Assembly (NCBI GenBank): GCA_944382715.1
Contig: CALWNC010000002.1
Span: 8,738-72,737 of the forward strand
Direction of reading: 5' to 3'
Length of the DNA: 64,000 nt
Source of the DNA: an uncultured Clostridia bacterium
GTDB lineage: Bacteria > Bacillota > Clostridia > Christensenellales > UBA1242
Of the stretch, positions 38,492-47,004 are shown one piece after another. How positions within the stretch are numbered: position 1 is the first letter of the stretch; each line of letters opens with the position of its first letter. The position numbers were made by a program, and so were the translations under genes. A model generated the notes under the pieces. It was given only the letters and a program-made list of their open reading frames with translations. It was not told the origin of the DNA and searched no databases.

Positions 38492-38569
38492 CTATGTACG
38501 AATTTTGTCGAATGAATTGATTTTGTTTATTAATTTGTTATAATATAGACAAAATATGCGGAGTCTCGT

Positions 38570-40171
38570 ATGGCTATATTTAATTTATTTAAGATTAATG
38601 AAACAAGAAACGAAATTTTTAAAGAATTATATAATTCATCTAATAAATTTTCTGTTACTTGCGATGGTGAAGAATTTATTTTGACTTTATATACAGATGT
38701 AGAACAGTATCAACCTACATCATTAAGTTGGAACTGGTTACTAACTGAGGCTAAATTGAATGTAAAAACGTATTTTAAACAGCCAAAAGCAATTTTATAT
38801 TTAGTATATAATGATATTATTTATGCATTGTCTTTTGGTAGTGCGTTTTATGATGTAGATAAATATTGTGATAAAGACTTTGCATTTAATTTTGCAAGAA
38901 AATTTAAATATAAAAAAATCAAGTCGACTTCACAGGCAATTCCAAGTTCTAATAGAAATAAAATAATAAACTCTTATGTAAATAACGAATATTTTGAATA
39001 TGATACGGGTGGTGCATATTTAAAAATTAAAGGTCAAATTGTTGTAGAAGATGGATTTGATTTATTTAAAAATAATATTGAGGTAGGAACCTCGATAAAA
39101 TTTTCTGTCAATAATCCATCTTTTGAAAAATTTATTGAAATTGTCAAATATGTATCTAAGAAGTTAGAAGAGTCAACAGATCAATCTTTAATTCCCTTAT
39201 TTCAACCTATAAGAGATAAAGACAAAATAGAACAATTAAATAGTTTTATGTACAATAATTTTGATATAGATTCTTGTAATATTACATTTTCAGATTTTGA
39301 TATCATAGGAACTAATGAATATTTTTATTCTCAAAGTGCAGAGTATCGTGTATATTGTGATGGGAAAAGAGGTAGTCTTGACTATCTTTCTTTAGATAAA
39401 ATAAAAGAATTTTGTTTAAATAAAAATATAAATTATAAAGAAAAGTTTTTTGATATTTATGTTAAACTGGAAGGAGAGAATAAAGCACATTCAATTAGAG
39501 AGTTTATTGATTATCCAATTGAAAATGAGAACGCAGTTTTAATAAAAGGTGAATGGTATCAATATAATTCTGATTTTATAAATTCATTGGACGAATCATT
39601 AAATCATTTGAATTGTATTCATGATAAAAGATTCGATTGGAATGAAGATTTTTACAAAGATTTTATAAATAGTAAGAAACAAGAATTTAAATTAAAAGAG
39701 AAGTATAAAGATTATGATGATGAAGAATTAGTAGAAGCCATAACAAAAACCTTTTATAAGGAAAGGGTATTTAATGAGTATATAGCAGATAAGTATAACT
39801 TTATTTGTGGAGATAGAGTATTGACAAGACTTGATGGAGGGAATAGTATCGAACTAAATGATTTGTATAAAGACAATTGCATATATGCAGTAAAAATAGG
39901 AAATAGTTCAGGTAAATTATGTTATTGCGTAGACCAAATGGTAACAGCTATGAATTGTATAAAAAATAAAGTTGTCGAATTTAAACATGATATAAAAGAA
40001 GTATGTATAGTTTTATTAATAAAAAAACGTAGTGGTTATCCCGAAGGAGATGATAAATTTGATATAACAAGTCTGAAATATATAGCATTAAAGAATGCAC
40101 TGAATAGTTGGATGAAAGAAGCTAGAAATTTATTTTATGAGCCAAAAGTTATTATTGGTTATACTGATTAA
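38570..40171 (+). CDS. 533-aa orphan protein, possibly of the sporadically distributed TIGR04141/DUF6119-like type (recalled from memory, unverified)
   Basis: Stand-alone gene with its own terminator. N-terminal AILYLVYNDIIYALSFGSAFYDV...DFAFNFARKF and C-terminal IYAVKIGNSSGKLCYCVDQMVTAMNCI blocks. Confidence 0.35.
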   Translation: MAIFNLFKINETRNEIFKELYNSSNKFSVTCDGEEFILTLYTDVEQYQPTSLSWNWLLTEAKLNVKTYFKQPKAILYLVYNDIIYALSFGSAFYDVDKYCDKDFAFNFARKFKYKKIKSTSQAIPSSNRNKIINSYVNNEYFEYDTGGAYLKIKGQIVVEDGFDLFKNNIEVGTSIKFSVNNPSFEKFIEIVKYVSKKLEESTDQSLIPLFQPIRDKDKIEQLNSFMYNNFDIDSCNITFSDFDIIGTNEYFYSQSAEYRVYCDGKRGSLDYLSLDKIKEFCLNKNINYKEKFFDIYVKLEGENKAHSIREFIDYPIENENAVLIKGEWYQYNSDFINSLDESLNHLNCIHDKRFDWNEDFYKDFINSKKQEFKLKEKYKDYDDEELVEAITKTFYKERVFNEYIADKYNFICGDRVLTRLDGGNSIELNDLYKDNCIYAVKIGNSSGKLCYCVDQMVTAMNCIKNKVVEFKHDIKEVCIVLLIKKRSGYPEGDDKFDITSLKYIALKNALNSWMKEARNLFYEPKVIIGYTD

Positions 40172-40172
40172 T

Positions 40173-40200
40173 AAAATTGCCGATGTCGGCAATTTTATTT
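40173..40200 (+). terminator. perfect hairpin terminator
   Basis: aaaattgccga-tg-tcggcaatttt followed by Ts. Confidence 0.8.
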
Positions 40201-40210
40201 TGTGGATTGA

Positions 40211-40239
40211 TTGACTTAATTGCCGATATCGGCTATAAT
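40211..40239 (+). promoter_or_regulatory. near-consensus sigma-A promoter with a palindromic operator in the spacer
   Basis: ttgact, a 17-nt spacer and tataat. The spacer contains gccgatatcggc. Confidence 0.65.
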
Positions 40240-40272
40240 CTACAATAGAATAAAAATCAAGGAGTTTTGTTA

Positions 40273-40452
40273 ATGGGTGTTTTAACAGTTAGCGAAATCG
40301 CAAAAAAGTGGAAAATAAGCGAAAGGTCAGTGCGCAACTATTGCAAGCAAGGCAGAGTAAAAGGTGCGGAACAGAAAGGTAAATTATGGCTAATTCCTGA
40401 GGATGCTAAAAAACCAGAAAGAGTAGAACGCAAAATAATGTCTTGCAAATAA
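40273..40452 (+). CDS. small MerR/excisionase-type HTH protein (~59 aa)
   Basis: LTVSEIAKKWKISERSVRNYCKQGRVKGAEQKGKLWLIPEDA. aaggag lies upstream of the ATG at 40273. Confidence 0.7.
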   Translation: MGVLTVSEIAKKWKISERSVRNYCKQGRVKGAEQKGKLWLIPEDAKKPERVERKIMSCK

Positions 40453-40612
40453 TAATGTTCCGTTTATAATTAAAGATAAATACTAATTTTATTGCTTATC
40501 TGAACTAAAAGAGTGGAGCACTGGGTGTGGTCATTCAACAAATACTGTACGCGTTGTCAAGATGAATTTTAAATATTTGATATGTTTTACGATAGACAAA
40601 AGAGGAGATTAA

Positions 40613-41479
40613 ATGACGGATTTATTAGAATATATTAATGCTAAAAGGGAGACGGAATTATTTGATATTAAGGAGCATTATTACTCAACAGATAAGAAAT
40701 TTGATTTGATTAAGGATATTGTTTCGTTTGCAAATAATAAAAATAATAGTGATAAATATATAGCATTTGGTATAAAAGATAAGACATGGCAAGTTGTTGG
40801 GGTCAAAAAGAGTGATATTCCTCAGATATCTGATATTGAGCAATTTTTAAATCAATATATAGAACCAAATCTACAAATTAGTCTGGAATCATGCACCTTA
40901 AAAAATAAAACAGTGATTGCAATTAAAATACATGGTGATAATACGAATCGTCCATATATGATAAAAAAGACATCTCCAAATAATGGGAAAAGCTGTATTA
41001 GATGTGGTGAAATTTATTTAAGAAAAGGGACCATGAATTGTATAGCGAATCGAGTAGATATTGATGAAATTTATGCTTTAAACAATAATTTGGATGTTTG
41101 TTTGAAAACAGAAGATATAAAAATAAATGAAGTTATAGGACTATTAAAATCTGAAAAATATTTGTCATTAGATGTTCAATTTAATAATAATTTAAAAGAA
41201 AATTACAATATTCAAAAGATACATCTTAAAATTAAAATTAACAACGAGATTGTAGTACTAGATGAATGTAAAGAATCTATAGGGACAATAAGTAACAGTG
41301 ATCGCTATTTTATAAACCAAAATAGACCTCTTATTATACAACAAAGTAGTACTTGTTTTAGGTATCTTAATTTTAGGGTAGAACAAAATTTTGTTAATAA
41401 AATTAAGCAGGATAGCATTAAGTCTATCGAAATACTAATTAATGTAGGAAAAGATGAAAAAGATTATAAACTTATATGA
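40613..41479 (+). CDS. AlbA_2 / Schlafen-core-like domain protein (288 aa)
   Basis: N-terminal ETELFDIKEHYY...DLIKDIVSFANNKNNSDKYIAFGIKDKTWQVVGV fits the divergent-AAA/AlbA_2 pattern. The C-terminal half is unassigned. Confidence 0.5.
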   Translation: MTDLLEYINAKRETELFDIKEHYYSTDKKFDLIKDIVSFANNKNNSDKYIAFGIKDKTWQVVGVKKSDIPQISDIEQFLNQYIEPNLQISLESCTLKNKTVIAIKIHGDNTNRPYMIKKTSPNNGKSCIRCGEIYLRKGTMNCIANRVDIDEIYALNNNLDVCLKTEDIKINEVIGLLKSEKYLSLDVQFNNNLKENYNIQKIHLKIKINNEIVVLDECKESIGTISNSDRYFINQNRPLIIQQSSTCFRYLNFRVEQNFVNKIKQDSIKSIEILINVGKDEKDYKLI

Positions 41480-41492
41480 TAAGGAGTTTGGT

Positions 41493-42221
41493 ATGAACTA
41501 TTCACCATTAAGATATCCTGGTGGAAAAAATAAGTTATATCCCTTGGTAAAACTTATGATAAATAGAAAGAGTAATGATTTAACCTATATTGAGCCATTC
41601 GTAGGGGGAGGTGGGTTGGCACTTGCATTGTTATATAATGGAGATGTAAAAAAAATAGTAATCAATGATTATGATAAAGCGATATATTCTGTTTGGAGAG
41701 CAATATTAACAGAGACAAACAAATTTATAGACTTAATCAATAATACTCCTGTCACTATAGAAGAATGGTATCATCAAAGATCAATTTATTTAAATAAAAA
41801 TAAAAAATATTCATTAGAACTCGGTTTTGCTACTTTTTTTCTAAATAGAACAAATAGGTCAGGTGTTTTAAAAGCTGGACCAATAGGAGGTTATTCGCAA
41901 AAAGGAGTATATAAAATTGATTGTAGATATAATAAAGAACAATTAATTAAGAAAATAATAGATATCTCTAAAAATAAAAACAAGATAAAATTATACAATT
42001 ATGACATTAGAACTTTTATAAAAAAGATAATTCCATTATACAAGGACGCCTTTATATATTTTGATCCTCCATATTTTAATAGGAGAGGAAGATTGTCGAA
42101 ACTAACCTCTCGAACTTATCAAAATACTGAATTTATCAGCATTTATAAGTATGGTTTCCGCTTGAAAGGTATCTATTTTATATCAAATTTATATCAAAAA
42201 TATATCACGAAAATCATATAA
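41493..42221 (+). pseudogene. Dam-type (D12 class) N6-adenine DNA methyltransferase, 3'-truncated
   Basis: LRYPGGKNKL, FVGGGGLALALL, FIYFDPPY and YFISN are present. The roughly 50 C-terminal residues expected after the ISN block are missing, and the ORF runs into the recombinase 3' end. Confidence 0.65.
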
Positions 42222-43698
42222 AAATGCTAACTTCTTTTGATATATTTTGATAAGTTTTGCCATATTTGAAGGTTTTTTCATACCTTCTTTTTTTTATTAA
42301 ATTAAATGTAGAGTAGTTAGTATCGTAAGGACAATTTAAATAAATATCGACTGTGTCTTCATCTATTATTATTTTGTTTATTATGGAAGAAACAAATTCG
42401 TAGTCGTCTAGTTTTAAGGCATTTGAAAAATATTTTTTAATATATGGTTTTTTAAATTTTTCATTATCTTTACTATTTTCATAAAGTATTTCAGCATTTA
42501 GTTCAGTTATTCTGCTTTCAAGAAATTTTATTCTATTATTAGTTGTATCATTAACAATTCCATTTTCAACAGCTTGAATAAGATTGTTTAATGATTTTTC
42601 ACATTTAGCTTTTTCATCTTCATATTTTTTAAGCTGTTCCAGATTTTTTTTCTGCCTATATTTTGCTATAAGAATACTTGAGATTAAATCAATGTTATTA
42701 GAGTTTGAAATAAATCCTTTAATAAACGATGTTAAATAATCTTCAAGAAAAACTTTATTATAAGCCGTTGCATTGCATTTATGTATTCTTTTTTTATTAT
42801 GGCATTTATAATATCTGTAAGTTTTATTATATCTTGTAGTTCCATTATCAACATTAAAAAGTGCTCCACATTGTTTACAAAAAATTTTACCTCTATAAAT
42901 ATAAAGTTCTTTTATATTGCCTCCATGTCGGTAAGTTTTTTTAAGGGTGACAACTTTTTTAAATACATTCCTTTGAATGATGGGTGGGTAGATATCGTGA
43001 AAATATTCACCATCGTAATGATACAAACCAGTATAATATTCTTTCCTGAGAATTTTACGAACTGAATCTTCTGAAAATGGTTTGCCTGTTTTATAATAAA
43101 TTTTCTTTCTTCTAAGTTTCTTTGCTATATCCGTACAATGATGACCCATTAAATATTGTTTGAAAATAAACTTAACAACATCTGCCTCTTTTTCGTCTAT
43201 TATAAGTTTTTTATCTTTGATTTGATAGCCATATGGTCTGATACCACCATAATAATTTCCTTTCATTCTAGATTCTCTTAAACCACGCTTAACTTTTTGA
43301 GAGAGTTCAGCAGAGTAATATTGATTTAATCCTTCTAATAAACTTTCTAAGATTATGCCTTCAGGTGTGTCTGGAATGTTTTCCATAGCTGAAACAACAG
43401 TTACTCCAATGTCTTTCAAATTTTTTTTGTGAATAACAGATTCGTATTTATTTCTTGAAAATCTATCAAACTTATAAACTAAAATACAATCCCATTGTCT
43501 TTTTTTAGCGTCTGCTAACATTCTTTGAAATTCAGGTCGATTATCATTAGTGCCTGTCATTGCTCGGTCAACATAATATTCTAAAATTTTAATTCCATTT
43601 CTTTCGGCATATTCTTTACAAACACGCACTTGTCCTTCAATACTTTGCTCTGTTTGACTATCGCTAGAATATCTAGCATAGACAACAGATATTTTCAT
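42214..43698 (-). CDS. large serine recombinase
   Basis: VVYARYSSDSQ catalytic-serine motif and FDRFSRN. Recombinase domain plus a Cys-rich zinc ribbon (CKQCGALF...YYKCHNKKRIHKC) and a coiled-coil C-terminus. Confidence 0.9.
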   Translation of the reverse strand: MKISVVYARYSSDSQTEQSIEGQVRVCKEYAERNGIKILEYYVDRAMTGTNDNRPEFQRMLADAKKRQWDCILVYKFDRFSRNKYESVIHKKNLKDIGVTVVSAMENIPDTPEGIILESLLEGLNQYYSAELSQKVKRGLRESRMKGNYYGGIRPYGYQIKDKKLIIDEKEADVVKFIFKQYLMGHHCTDIAKKLRRKKIYYKTGKPFSEDSVRKILRKEYYTGLYHYDGEYFHDIYPPIIQRNVFKKVVTLKKTYRHGGNIKELYIYRGKIFCKQCGALFNVDNGTTRYNKTYRYYKCHNKKRIHKCNATAYNKVFLEDYLTSFIKGFISNSNNIDLISSILIAKYRQKKNLEQLKKYEDEKAKCEKSLNNLIQAVENGIVNDTTNNRIKFLESRITELNAEILYENSKDNEKFKKPYIKKYFSNALKLDDYEFVSSIINKIIIDEDTVDIYLNCPYDTNYSTFNLIKKRRYEKTFKYGKTYQNISKEVSIFI

Positions 43699-43995
43699 TA
43701 TACCTCCTTTATAGATACCTGTATGAATACTATATCATAAAAAAGCAGTAAAATTCAATAAATGGAAGATTTTTATATGTTTTTTCATAAAATTTTTATC
43801 AATTTTGCGTTTTTTAATAAATATTGATTTAAAAATTTTATAAAAATATGAATTTTTTTTATTTTATTCACCATTAAATTATCGTATACAAAAAGGGTAG
43901 GGAAGTTTTATTATAAAATTTTGGATAAATAAAATTAATTTTTTTTGATTTATTTGATTTATATATAAAAATTATTTATGCTATAATAATACCAT

Positions 43996-44196
43996 ATGGA
44001 AGATAGTATGATAATAGTGTCAAATAAAATTCAATGTAAACATTGTGGAGAAATAATTGAATCAACAAGTGTTCATAATTTTGTATCTTGTAAGTGTGGA
44101 AAAGTTGCAGTTGATGGTGGTAAAGACTACTTAAAAAGATGTGGAAACAAAGAGGACTACATTGAATTATCTATAACAAAATCAACCAAATCTTAA
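43996..44196 (+). CDS. small zinc-ribbon protein (66 aa)
   Basis: CKHCGE...CKCG four-Cys pattern. A hairpin terminator follows at ~44215-44245. Confidence 0.5.
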   Translation: MEDSMIIVSNKIQCKHCGEIIESTSVHNFVSCKCGKVAVDGGKDYLKRCGNKEDYIELSITKSTKS

Positions 44197-44301
44197 ATAA
44201 TTTTATAAAAATTAAAGTCGGATATAGTTATCCGACTTTTTATCTTTTCCTAATTTAAAAATAAATTAGATATTTTTTGGACTCAAATTCAATTAATAAA
44301 A

Positions 44302-44664
44302 TTATTTATATTCATTATATTTTTTATTGCAACCTTTAACTTTTTCAACTGGATATTTCTCATTGTTTTTTTCAATTTTTGATTTTATGGATTCAGATAG
44401 ATCTATATCATTCATTTGTGCAAATCTTAAAACAAAATAAAATACATCTGAAAGTTCTTCTTCAACTTCTTTTCTTTTTTCAGATTTCATAAGTTTTTCC
44501 ATGTCTGCTTCAGATTTAAATCTAAAAATTTGTAAAAGTTCATTCGCTTCAGTTGATATTCCTATTGCCAAATCTTTTGGATTATGAAATTGATCCCAAT
44601 CTCTTGCTTCGCAAAAGTCTCTTACAATTTTTTTTAGCTCTTCAATAGTTGATTCATTATCCAT
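44302..44664 (-). CDS. MazG-like nucleotide pyrophosphohydrolase (small all-alpha NTP-PPase)
   Basis: FCEARDWDQFHNPKDLAIGISTEANELLQIF...EEELSDVFYFVLRFA is the EExxE/D-type MazG/DCTPP1-like pattern. Confidence 0.75.
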   Translation of the reverse strand: MDNESTIEELKKIVRDFCEARDWDQFHNPKDLAIGISTEANELLQIFRFKSEADMEKLMKSEKRKEVEEELSDVFYFVLRFAQMNDIDLSESIKSKIEKNNEKYPVEKVKGCNKKYNEYK

Positions 44665-46531
44665 TATTAACTCCTAAAAGTTTTTTAATATAATTAGCTA
44701 AAGGTTTATCTTCACAATAAATATAACAACCTTTTTGGCCTCTTGTTAAAAGTGTTTTATATGTATTTTTTATAAGAACATTTGCCAGTTTATCACTTGA
44801 ACTTCTTATACCTGAAGATTTATCATCTTTAGAAATCATAGTTCTATCTGTTATAACTTCTCCCTTAGACTCATCAAATCTTACATCCTTACCAATAATA
44901 ACTCCAACATAATCAAACTCTAAACCTTGTGCTGTATGGATACAACCAACTTCTTCAAAGGATTTTGGGTTCACAGCCCATAATTTATCATCTTCCAAAT
45001 TCCATTTTGCTTTAAATCCATTTTCCAAAATGATATCAAAATCGCCACGTTTATTCTTAACATTCCAATCATAGCAATATCCAGCAACCATTCTTGCTTT
45101 ATTATGTTCTTTATTTTTTTCTCTAAGAAAATCTCTCATTTCATTTGGATCATCGAACACTTTTATATCAAAATTAAGATCACTAAAATCAATTTCAATA
45201 AATTCACCTATTTGCAAAATATCATTCACTAATTGTATATATTGATCACTTCCATTACACCTAAATTGAGAGCGTAATATTGTGCTTTCATTTTCAATGA
45301 CTCTACTGCCTAGCATGTTTGCCCATTTATGAATTTCTTCTATAGAACCTATATCTTTATTTGTTATTCTTTGATCTTCATCAATTAAGAAAATTGTAAA
45401 TAAAGATGCTGCTATACATTCTTTTACTTGATTTTCACCATAGAAATCACCATACATTTTTTTAACCAATCTATGAGCTTCGTCTACAATAAGGCAATCA
45501 TATGCGTTCTCTGGCACATGACTTAATCCAAAAGGGGATCTAAATAATTGTTTTATATTTACTGCTTTTTTTAGATCTGAATTTGCTAACAAATTAAGAT
45601 ATACTTCTCTAGGAGCACTATTTTTAGTTACATAACTTGCATTTAATTTTTGTTGAGTAAACTCATTTAATAAATTTATTGCAAGTACTGATTTTCCAGT
45701 TCCTGGACCTCCTTGAATTATGATTGTTCTCTTTTTCATATCTTTAAGGCATTGTTTCATTATTAATTTACACATATCAAATGCAACAACTTGATCGTCT
45801 AATAATACAAATTCCTTATTACCTTTCATTAAAGATACTAAATAATCTTGCAATGCTTTAGATGGCTTAATTCTTCCATTATCAATCTCATAGAGTAAAT
45901 CTCCATTGGTTGATTTTTTATAAATATATTTTTTTATAAAATTTCTCATTTCCATTACTTGATTTTTAATGAAAAAAGGTGCTTCATCGTACCAAACTTT
46001 ATAAATTTTATCATTCAATGCATCTAAATATTGTGGTTCATAATTGTGAAGATAGGCACATGGTATAACTCCAATATGTTGGTCTACTATTTGATCAGAA
46101 GAATTTTTTATAAAAACAGCATAAGAATATGCTTGATATGATGGATGGCTTACATCTCTATAATTATGTCCTGTATATGTTCTAACACTATGCAACATTT
46201 CATCATCTATTTTTTCAGCTTTTTGCCATTGCTTTAATTCTATAACAACAACATTATCATTACCATTTTTATCAGCTCCAGAAATAATAAAATCAACCCT
46301 TTTAGAAGTTCTGGGAAGTTGGTACTCGATAGTAATACCAGCATCCTCAGGTATTTCTTTATCATTTAACACCATCTTCATAAAGGGAAGTGAATTTTGC
46401 CAAGCGTTATACTCACTTTCTTGTCCACCAGATAATCCTTTTTCTCTTAATTTATTATAAATAATATCCGAAATTTGATTCATCTCTACATCATAATCAA
46501 ATTGCTTTTTTGAAGTATTGTAAACAATCAT
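44657..46531 (-). CDS. DUF2075-type (Schlafen-helicase-like) SF1 ATPase with an N-terminal PD-(D/E)xK-like module
   Basis: RVDFIISGADKNGNDNVVVIELKQW is nuclease-like. Walker A is IIIQGGPGTGKSVLAINLL and Walker B is CLIVDEAHRL. The C-terminal motif is IHTAQGLEFDYVGVIIG. Overlaps the MazG-like gene by 8 nt. Confidence 0.7.
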   Translation of the reverse strand: MIVYNTSKKQFDYDVEMNQISDIIYNKLREKGLSGGQESEYNAWQNSLPFMKMVLNDKEIPEDAGITIEYQLPRTSKRVDFIISGADKNGNDNVVVIELKQWQKAEKIDDEMLHSVRTYTGHNYRDVSHPSYQAYSYAVFIKNSSDQIVDQHIGVIPCAYLHNYEPQYLDALNDKIYKVWYDEAPFFIKNQVMEMRNFIKKYIYKKSTNGDLLYEIDNGRIKPSKALQDYLVSLMKGNKEFVLLDDQVVAFDMCKLIMKQCLKDMKKRTIIIQGGPGTGKSVLAINLLNEFTQQKLNASYVTKNSAPREVYLNLLANSDLKKAVNIKQLFRSPFGLSHVPENAYDCLIVDEAHRLVKKMYGDFYGENQVKECIAASLFTIFLIDEDQRITNKDIGSIEEIHKWANMLGSRVIENESTILRSQFRCNGSDQYIQLVNDILQIGEFIEIDFSDLNFDIKVFDDPNEMRDFLREKNKEHNKARMVAGYCYDWNVKNKRGDFDIILENGFKAKWNLEDDKLWAVNPKSFEEVGCIHTAQGLEFDYVGVIIGKDVRFDESKGEVITDRTMISKDDKSSGIRSSSDKLANVLIKNTYKTLLTRGQKGCYIYCEDKPLANYIKKLLGVNNG

Positions 46532-47004
46532 AAATTAATCCTCTTACCCGAATTATATCATAAAAATAAAAAAATGTATTAAATAAACATACATTTTTTA
46601 TTTAAATATATAAATCTAGTTTAATTTGCTTTCGTAGTGGCTTGGTTTTCATATGTGTAATAAGAAAAAACTTTGCAATAGATAAATCTATTAATTTGTG
46701 CCTTTATTTAGTAAAAATATAAATTTCCAATAATGGCAAAAAAGGGGCCTCTATCATCTTTACAAACTATTATTTAATAAGCTAATGTTAAGGTCTTATT
46801 GTTATTTCGGAAAAATAAGTTCCTAAATTTTTAAAAAATCTACTCGTATCTTTTTACGAAAGAAAAGACGAACAGAAAATAAAATACTTTATGAGCAAAA
46901 CTAATGGAAAGAATTTTAAAATAAATTAAAAGCTGTTATTATTAGTAACATTATAATTAATTGTGATGATATAAGATTATTTCAATAATAGAAAAGTATA
47001 TAAA

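Noticed and set aside
40613-46531. The idea that the AlbA_2 protein and the DUF2075 helicase form one split, Schlafen-like system.
   Set aside because: The recombinase junction separates them, so they belong to different genetic units. They are also on opposite strands. I kept only a remark inside the MazG/DUF2075 finding.
46723-46785. A 20-codon stretch (ISNNGKKGASIIFTNYYLIS*) in the 473-bp gap after the DUF2075 gene. It loosely resembles a Dam C-terminus (…ISSNGG…ELL..Y). An AAAAATATA 9-mer is also shared with the methylase/recombinase junction (42196-42204 versus 46713-46721). Together these would imply a 4.5-kb mini-element.
   Set aside because: The stretch is too short to be significant. 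A stop codon lies immediately upstream in frame, and about 18 expected residues are missing. Joining the two 9-mers puts the fragment out of frame with the methylase. The 9-mer is plausible by chance in this composition.
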